Assembly (NCBI GenBank): GCA_030704615.1
Contig: CM060732.1
Span: 68,448,001 to 68,512,000 of the forward strand
Direction of reading: 5' to 3'
Length of the DNA stretch: 64,000 bases
Source: Takakia lepidozioides
Taxonomy: Eukaryota > Plantae > Bryophyta
Below, one piece after another: positions 55,570-64,000 of this stretch. Numbering within the stretch: the first letter of the stretch is position 1; every line of letters starts with the position of its first letter. Both the position numbers and the translations under genes were made by a program. Below the pieces are notes generated by a model, which saw only the letters and a list, made by a program, of their open reading frames with translations, searched no databases and was not told where the DNA came from.

Positions 55570-58500
55570 CTAAAAAGTCAGGGGATAGGGACTCGGACGC
55601 GTGAAGTGCCATTGCTTCGGCATAAAGAGGGAGCAGAAAATTGGAAAGGGGGCTGTCGAAAACAGACTCGCCAGAAATGACTGTATCTCCTGAAGATCCA
55701 CCGCTGGCTTTCCTGAAAGACAGCCTGAAAAAGTTATTACTGTAACTTTGATGTTATCGAGAAATTGAGTATGACTCCCAAAGAGGGTTTAGCACTTACT
55801 CACATGAAAAGTCGTTGTCGACCTGCTTATCTTCGGGATCGTCATCATTTCGAATATGAATCCGATCAGTCTGTGTGCCTGAAGTGGAGCCAGACAAAAG
55901 GGGGAGGAGCACTGTGTTGTAGAGGTCAGAATCACCCTCCATACCAAAAAGGCTTCTTCCGCCTGCCTTGCATGCGTGGTAAGTTGCTCCTGCACCAGAC
56001 AGGAGAACATAAGCAGTTTGGAGGAGGGGATTTAAGCAGATGAAACTGTTGAAAGGAAACCAATTCGGAAGGGAGAAAACAAACTTGTGGACACAGAAAG
56101 ATCAACCACCCGTGCAGAGCGGTGGCTGCATGACTCCAGCAGTATTTGCATGAATGTTGGTGACTTTTCCTTTGCACCTCTCCAGGGAGTGCCATCTGGT
56201 CTCTTCAGAGTCTGTCTGGACTGCATGAAGTTGTACAAAATGTCATCGACATGGGGCTCATAGGGGGGGTTGACGAAACAACCCTGGTCAGAAATCTCAA
56301 AGCTGCGGATGGAGGATGGTGTCTTTGATGTGCGAATCCTCCGCAGGCAGATCGCCTCGAACATCCTCGTTTGCCAAAGATAGCAGGTTAGTGTGGTAAA
56401 CACAATCTAAAGTGGAAGTGTGTACATCGGCTATTCAGAACTCTGACACCAAAAAACCATGAATCGTTGATGATCGGTGTCGATCATAAAACATTCTACT
56501 AGAGTGGAGCTGCAGAGAAAATTGAAACTCATGATCAAAGCATAAGCAGAAGGCAGACGGCATACCAGCTGACCAGGGAAACCCCCTTTCACAAGGTAGA
56601 GGCTGTTCACACAATTCCATGTGCGCAAAACTTCAAACCCTGAAGACTTGAGGTATGATGCCAATGCCCGACGACTATCATTGTCACATGACTGAAAAAG
56701 CAGAAGTGTCCCTGCATCAGAGAGGAAGTTATTACAGAACCCGAACACCCAACTCCAGTAGTTGTCCTCGAATTTGTTCCAGCCTAGCGTCTTGCCATTT
56801 GGAAGAACTTCTGGCACAGCCTGGCCATCCGGGATGTCGAGAATGACAATGTCGGCCGCATAAGTTTTATGCACACCGCACACGAAGGTGGGACCTGTGC
56901 TCACCTGCAACAGACATGTTTTTTATAAGAACGAAAGCAAGAATGTTTTCAAAGAACGAGACTGAAATACTGCCAACGAAACATTCAGAGAATAAGGAAA
57001 GAAACTGGAATTCTCACCAGATTGAGGAATGAGATTATATTGTCCCAGGTAGGGGATGGCACCCCAGTGTATCCTCTCTTTCGACTCTGCATCATCGAAA
57101 GCCAACCCTCATTAACAATTTTCATCTCTCCTGCTGAATCAGAACGGGAAGGGTGTGGCTTGGCATCGAACACGCACTGAAGAGTGCGGGTATATCTTCC
57201 AGCACTAAAGTCCTGCCCACTCTCCATCTCCTTTTCTTTCTCCTTCCCCTTGTCCTTTTCCTTCTCTTTGGACTTGTCTTTGTCCTTTGGCTTTGCTGGT
57301 GAGATGGCTATGACATCAAGAGCCTTGTCTTTTGGTTTGCGGCCCGCCTTCTTTCCCTTCTGCGGCGTTCCCTGAGCATCAGGCTCCTTGGCAGCCAAGG
57401 TTGCTATGTTTCGTTGATACTCTTCGTCAGTCAAAGGCGCCAGCATCTCAGCGTTATTGTTCAAGTATTTCATATGCTGTTCTTGAAAGGTCGTGTGCTC
57501 AGGTGGGCAGTCAAGGTATCACCCACAGTCTCTGAAGTGAGAAGGACTCCAGTCCTTCAATATCCCTGCAGTATACATGGTTGGATCGTTTGCAGGGTCC
57601 GACCACATGTCAAGATAGTCGGGAATTCCGCTCAGGTGATTTCCTTCCATAAGCACATATTTCGTGTACCTGAAAAAAGGAGATGAATCCCAACCCACAA
57701 AAGCGCTCAGTGAGTAAGATGCAAGTAGAACAGAAAGAATAAAACATGGATTGAAATGGCTCTGACAACTGCTCCAAGGACCTTTCAGGACCACACTACT
57801 GCTCCAGATATGAATGTCGTCAACGCCATTCAAAACATTCCATTCCATGACACTGTAAATACATCCTAATCCAGGTGAATGCAAATAAGCGATTAGAAAT
57901 GACACAGACATAGAAGTGAATGTCGTCAACGACATTCAAGAATGAAGCCAAATTATTACTGAAATGAAGCAAAATCACAGGATGGAAATAAAATTTTTGA
58001 GTAAGGAACCATCCAGGAAAACTCAATGCACATTCATAACGAACCTATCACTGAGGACCTCACAACATCACTGTATGTGAATGGCGTCAACGCCATTCAC
58101 AAAAATACAAAAAAGAAACCAATTACTTAGCTCCCCAATCCATGAAAATTGAATTTGTCGTTTTTGAATAATACAGACACAGCTGTGAATGTCGTCAACG
58201 ACATTCACTTTGGATTTCTCATAACAGAGCTTATCAAGCCTCCATATTCATCGCAAGAGGAAAAAACAATGCAGAACAACTGAATGTCTGCATTGACATT
58301 CAGCAAAATGAAATGATCAACCCTCATTGTAACCTCTATGGACATTACAAAAATTTAAATAACCTTGAGGACCACACAACAACTCTGTATGTGAATGTCG
58401 TCAACGCCATTCAAGGACATTATCAATTCTAATCAGGGACAATATAATTGCACCCTTAGATCCTAACCAGGTGAATTCATATACTCGCTTAAGAATGACT

Positions 58501-60400
58501 CAGACAAAGAAGTGAATGTCGTCAACGACATTCAATCTGGATCTAAGATTGCAATCCATATGAAGCCACAATTTTTCCCAAAAAAACAGTAGAGTTTCAA
58601 GTATGACATTTCACCTGTACACAACTCGCATCATGGCCCACTCTCCTCCAACCTGACTGTCAAAGTCGTTGGACCGTAAAATGTTACCATCTTTGGAGAA
58701 CTCCCGGAAAAAATAGTATCTCCAGGTGAGACCTCTCCACTTCCTTATGTATGCCTCCAATGACATTTGGGGAGGGGAAACAATCGCAATGTTCAGGTCC
58801 TTCAAAGTCTGATCCAGCACAATGACGGCGCGCTTTTCGAGCTGCAAATAGTATATTTGTCAGAATTGCAAAAAAGAAACACATCACATACTTGAAGAGA
58901 AGAAACAGCATGTTCGAATACAGACCTGACTCCAAAATGTAGCCTTGTGGAGCCAGTTATCAAACACCAAATCACTGATTCCTTCCACCTTTGTGCCAGG
59001 CTGTATGGTGCTCTTTGGGAACTGATTCAAGTCCTTTACTGTTTGATCTGAGTTCCATATCTCCAGCCACCTTATTTTTGTTTGTGGGTCGACCATCGAT
59101 ATGGCCAGCCGGTGCAATTTCTCCTGCTGCATCTCCGGATGCACATGCTTGTCATAGTGTGTTTTGATCTGCTGAAGGAACTCAGGACCAAGTCCAGGAT
59201 CTACTATTCTAAGCTGCTTTCCGAAGGCTGACATCAATTTGGTTCTTCGCATCTCAAACTCCTTCTTTATTGCAGCTTCCACACCCTTTGATGTCCTTAG
59301 TTCCTCTGGTGTAGTGCGGTAATATTCGGATTTTCCCTTCTCAGCTGCCTCTACCAGTTCTTGCTGCATTCATTCAAGTAGTGATTAGCTCCGAAGGGAC
59401 TCTAAACATGTATTCGAAAAGTAAACAGATTACAGACTCGGGCTTACCGCATACATGTACTCCAGAAACGCCTCTCGTGTCAAAGAATACCAAGTGCCTG
59501 CAGCTCTTCCTGTTTCGCACTTCTTGATGATATTGGGTGGTAGTACTGTCCGAAAATCATCCAGCTTCATCAGACCAATCCTCTGAATTCGGAATAGTGT
59601 GTGAACCAAGCTTGTTGTCACATGCGATTTCTCTGTCGATCTGCAAAAACATTGAAAACATTGCATTCCTTAACACTGTTTTTTGAGGATCAACAAGACA
59701 CTACAGAGGGAATCAAATCTCCTGGATGACTTACTTGTTCACGTCGTGCATAGCTGTAAGAAGCCTAGCGATGTCTTTTCCTGGATCCAAAACCATTGCC
59801 TCCACAGCAACATGCTTGTCTTTGTCTTTCGAATGGTGTTTCTGAATGTATCCCATCCATGCCAGCAATCGGTGGTTGCCGTCCCAGACGTAGAACATGT
59901 GGTTGCAAAATTGCTGGGTGTTCTTTCCCATCATGAGGCCCAGCTCGAACTCCTCATTGGCATCTTTCCAGCACTCATCCCAGTTATCACTGATCTCTGG
60001 AGAAACTAATGTGCTTTTCCCATTTATATCCGTCAGTGACACATAAAAAACTTGTGCACCAAGTCTATATCCATGCACAAAATCACTCTCCAATTTTGTT
60101 ATGTCATGGGAAAGAGGTGGACGCACAACAGGCATTGATATCATCCGGCACAGAGGTATGTCCAGACGCCCTCCAGATACGAGCATGTCCCTTATAACCT
60201 CCTGAGAGTTTACCTTCTGGAATGACATGAGTTCTTTCACCTTGTCAAGGTAGTGCACTTCGGATTCATCTGCTTCATCTGTATTCTCTGAGCTTTTTGC
60301 GGACTCGTCCCCATCTCCAGATCCTTTCCCCTCTGATCCTGTAGGCTTCGACCTCACAGTTTTCTGCACGATGCCATTCAGTTCTGACTAAGTGATTTGC
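55570..60400 (-). pseudogene. Family-2 ParB-like/N6-N4 MTase-like gene, copy b (exon 1 deleted)
   Basis: ORF 59731-60369 with LDIPLCRMISMPVVRPP...VWDGNHRLLAW; ORF 56431-56910 ADIVILDIPDG; ORF 56032-56403 KSPTFMQILLESCSHRSARVVDLS. Confidence 0.85.
57808..58535. repeat. Family-2 intronic palindromes, copy b
   Basis: GTGAATGTCGTCAACG(A/C)CATTCA near 57811, 57916, 58077, 58185, 58391, 58512. Confidence 0.9.
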
Positions 60401-60639
60401 AAATAGTGAATGGCGGTAACGACAATCACTCTGTATCAAGGAAACTCACCATGAATGGTGTGAAAGAATTCAGCACAATCTACACATGCAAAGCCGAGAC
60501 TGCCGTATTCAAAACAAAAGTGAGAGCGATAGCGAACGGCGTTAACGACAATCACAAAAGATAACAACCTGCCGGATCGGTGTTGTGTAATGACATATAT
60601 GTGCAACTGATTGGCGGCAACGACATTCAGTATAGTTTA

Positions 60640-61095
60640 CCTCCTCCTGCGTCCTCCCGGGTCCCCCCGGCAAATCCTGACTTGTGGCCAACCAAACGAG
60701 ATGGAAAGCTCGTTCGGCGTTTCCCTCCAACCGCTGAACACTTTGGCAAAGTGGAGTCCGCAAGAATGCTCCAAGCTCGTGTCGGAAGCACCACGGAAGT
60801 ACCCGATCCAGGATATGGTCGGGTATTCACAATCATCACTTCCACATCTGCTGTTCATGACAGGACCTACGACATCACGGTTTCCAATTTCCCCAATTGC
60901 ACATGTCCTGATTTTGTGAATATGCTATCAACCAGTTTGGGCAAGAGAGGTAAATTCATACCCTGCAAACATTTGTATTTCATATTTTTGAGGAGGATGG
61001 TTTGCGATCCCAAACGTGACAACTTCATTCACCAGGCCACTATGAGTTTCAACGAGGTCGATACTCTTTTGCAGCGGGATACAACACATGGGTAG
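60640..61095 (+). pseudogene. C-terminal SWIM fragment of family-2 transposase
   Basis: WPTKRDGKLVRRF...VPDPGYGRVF...PNCTCPDF...IPCKHLYF, homologous to the ends of ORFs 51-1343 and 50209-51522. Confidence 0.88.
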
Positions 61096-62115
61096 CATGA
61101 ACTATGTAATGTGGTATGTGGATGACCATGATTTGAAATGTGTAATTCACATCAATTCGTCGGCTGTGCAATGATATGGCCTCCAACTATACGGAGTGAG
61201 GTCTGAGTGACAACTTTTAGGTAGTGCACATTTGTCATTGCACCGTTCGAAGTCTACATGTCTTGCTGTCGCTATGCACTACAATCATCTTTTGAAGATG
61301 ATCATAACTCTCATTGTTATTTGAGGAGGGAGGAAGTCTTCTCGTGGCAGCCTTTATGGCGCACACTTTGTGAGGATATTTTGTCGTCTTCGTAATTGTA
61401 AAAGTGAAACAAACATTTGTAATTGCACAATGTTGGATGCTGCAATTGTAGGCCTCAACGCTCGTCTTGATTCTATTTAGGCAAGATTCCCTGCATTAAT
61501 TCCACGGTCATAGGACCATCCACGGTTATAGGCGGCGCATGTTAATGCTGACGTGGCAGATGACGGACAGTGCCACGTCATCATTTACCGCCACATCAGC
61601 ATGCTGACATGACGCTCACGCCACGTCAGCATGTGTGCAGGCTCACGCCACGTCAGCTGGCGTGAGCGTACGCTCACGCCACGTCACTCCTGCGTGAGCG
61701 TACGCTCGCGCGCTCACGTGCAACGCTCACGCCATTGCGTCGTTGAAGAGGGAGTAGAGGAAAGTGTGGCAATGGAGGAGCAGGAATCAGCAGAAGAACA
61801 GCAGCCCGCCATAGTTCCAAGGACAGATGAAGAGGACACCGCATCTGAGGGAGAGACAGACGAGATGGAAGAGGATGTTGAAGGTGGCCTCACGAGGAGT
61901 CTGCCTGCGGGAAAGAGGAAGGGGGAGAGGCTCACGTACACGCTCGGCGCAGAGAGCAGCCCGAAGCGCAAAGGGTCCCCGACAATTGGGGAGTCTTCTG
62001 GAGCAGCCAAGAAAAAGGTGAAATTCTTAAGACCCACATTTCTGTTTCGTTGCTGATATGAATATAGCCCACATAAGACATCTGCACCACGCTGAAAGCA
62101 CCGCAAACTGGAAGC

Positions 62116-62815
62116 CCAAACAGTGTGCGGCAACGCACACTGTTTGGGCCTACCAATTTGCTTGATTGTTCAGGTGCGAAACGCCCAAACTTGGGCACTA
62201 CAACAGGTTCAACACAACCCAAATTGCAACCTCAAACAGTGTGAGTTGAGCTGAACATTTCACTGCTGTTTCCATCTGGATATCGGTTTTCCAAGATATG
62301 TATGTCAGGACGACAGAACCCTTCAGTGGCAGCTCAAACAGTGTGAGTTGAGCTGAACATTTCACTGCTGTTTCCATCTGGATATCGGTTTTCCAAGATA
62401 TGTATGTCAGGACGACAGAACCCTTCAGTGGCAGCTCAAACAGTGTGCGTTGGCGCACACTGTTTGAGCTGAACATGTAAGTGTTTTTCCCGATTGAAAT
62501 TTGGACTTCCAGGGCAGGTTTATGATGATGAAATAACCATTCAGTGGCAGCTCAAACAGTGTGCGTTGGCGCACACTGTTTCAGCTGAACATGTCACTGT
62601 TTTTTTGGTGTTAAAATTCGGCATTTAGGGCACGTTTCTGAGGATGAAATAACCATTCAGTGGCAGCTCAAACAGTGTGCGTTGGCGCACACTGTTTAAG
62701 CTGTACATGTCACTGTTTTTTTGGTGTTAAATTCGGACTTCCAGGGCAGGTTTATGATGATGAAATAACCATTCACTGGCAGCTCAAACAGTGTGCGTTG
62801 GCGCACACTGTATGT
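62116..62815. repeat. Family-3 palindromes AAACAGTGTGCG-N4-CGCACACTGTTT in 102-bp and about 116-bp tandem units
   Basis: Full sites near 62118, 62438, 62554, 62669, 62786; half sites near 62234 and 62336. Confidence 0.9.
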
Positions 62816-64000
62816 AGGGGCCCGATTTTTTTTTGCTTCTTAGTTCCTTGTGGATGTCATGTTCGCAAACTCGTCTATTTGAAGCTGTTTGTCTCGTCCG
62901 GGTGCATCCACAAACGACTCCGGCCGGCATTACCGAATTTGCCATCACTCATGGGGCCAAGTTCATAGATGACAAGACAGATCCCCCCACGGATGACATG
63001 CATCACAACTACGTCGACAGCAACGTGTGCTTGCGAAGGGGGAATGGGGTTCCTTGGAGAGGGGCGAGGGAGAGGAGCCCGGCTTTCATTCAAACGATTG
63101 TGGAGTGCTGCACCTACACAGACGCCAGAGTTCTGGATTTGTCGATGGGCACAGGTTCGTCTCTTCAACATTCACATTTCATGAGGTTTGATTGAGCTTG
63201 CACTTTCAGCACTTCCCACCGTTCCGAATGTGTCTTCAATGTCTTCTTCATTCATTCTATTCCACTGCAGGTGCTTCTTACCACGCTTGCAAGGCCAGTG
63301 CGTGACATCTCTTTGGATTGAAGGGGATGCTGAGATTTACAAGAACCTCCTGATGGGTTTGGGTGGACACACTTCTCAAGTCCTTCCGAAGCCCCGTCCC
63401 GTTGATACTGATACAGAGGAGACTTCTGACAAGGAGCTGGACTCCGACTTTGCCTGTGAGTAAGTTCAACCTTTGCATGCTTGCATTGTTGTTTCAATAT
63501 CGAGAATCGCTGTTCTTGAGGCAAAGTGCACATTGGAGACATCCTCTTTGTTGGACTTGTGCATTGCATCATTGTGTTAAAAATGGGGTTTTGTGGACAT
63601 GTGCAGGAGTCTGCGTGCTTCCACTTGCCCTCCAGGGCTATCACACCTATTTGGACTTGTTTGCAGTCCTCCTCGGTCTTGCGTGCTACCTGTCTATGCG
63701 GAGGCACTCGCAGCAAGCATGTCCGTTCATGGGACTCCGAGTCCACCTTACGACGGCCTTCGTAGAACACGTGGTGTTGGGGCCAGAATCTTTGTAGATG
63801 ACATAGCACAGGAGGTGGACACTGATTGTGATGACTGCGACACTTGATATGAAGTTTTCTTTTGGTTTAATTCTGGGCCAAATTTGAAATGGGATGGTTG
63901 TGTGTCCTTGTTGTCCTGTTTGCAATGTGTGCGTGGAATTCACATTCATGGTTACAAACTATTGTTGGAGATGGGGGTTGCATGGACTGCCTGGATTGTT

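Larger units (their letters stand above)
54769..61745. mobile_element. MULE family 2, copy b: complete non-autonomous deletion derivative (about 7.0 kb)
   Basis: 9-bp TSD AAGAGGGAG (54760-54768 and 61746-61754); imperfect TIRs of about 45 bp built from GCTCACG motifs; 54769-60639 colinear with 32763-38675. Confidence 0.92.
54720..63460 (+). pseudogene. Family-3 ParB-MTase gene remnant: exon 1 split by copy b, ParB part missing, MTase C-terminal exons retained
   Basis: Removing 54769-61754 restores the frame MRMGRVDEEEKEVEEG|VEESVAMEEQ... MTase exon about 62870-63153 reads WRGARERSPAFIQTIVECCTYTDARVLDLSMGTG. Confidence 0.75.
32763..64000. mobile_element. MULE family 2, copy a (probably full length; right end beyond window), hosting nested insertions
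   Basis: Starts with the same CAGGGATGCCTCGGCGTGAGC terminus as copy b (54769). Carries a ParB-MTase gene (minus) and a transposase (plus, 47246-49817) that is cut by family 3. Confidence 0.75.
49818..64000. mobile_element. MULE family 3 (right end beyond window) inserted in the family-2 transposase
   Basis: GAGCGTAGCTACGGTGTGAGCC...CGTGAGC aligns with the family-2 terminus exactly where transposase homology stops. Carries its own transposase and a ParB-MTase remnant. Confidence 0.7.

Overview
Eukaryotic, intron-containing DNA made almost entirely of nested transposons. It is probably from an early-diverging plant such as a bryophyte (inference only), and no ordinary host gene is recognisable. 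Three related families of Mutator-like (MULE) DNA transposons share one layout: a GCM-like Zn finger/DDE/SWIM transposase facing head-to-head a spliced gene that fuses a ParB/Srx-like domain (VWDGNHRLLAW) to a beta-class N6A/N4C DNA-methyltransferase-like domain. Each family also carries its own array of 22-28 bp palindromes with a shared CG-N4-CG core, resembling a ParB/parS-plus-methylase module on a eukaryotic transposon; this is the main candidate new system. Inserted in family 1 is an intact, recent Ty3/Gypsy element (1562-13593, 4-bp TSD). It encodes Gag-protease-DNMT3-like C5 methyltransferase, then a leaky TAG-CAACCA stop, then RT-RNaseH-integrase-PHD. Its terminal repeats are split (B...A-B-A) and it has a self-complementary sequence in place of a tRNA PBS. 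The window also holds a decayed second copy of that family and a decayed chromovirus (40054-47005). Boundaries were read by eye and exon coordinates are approximate.
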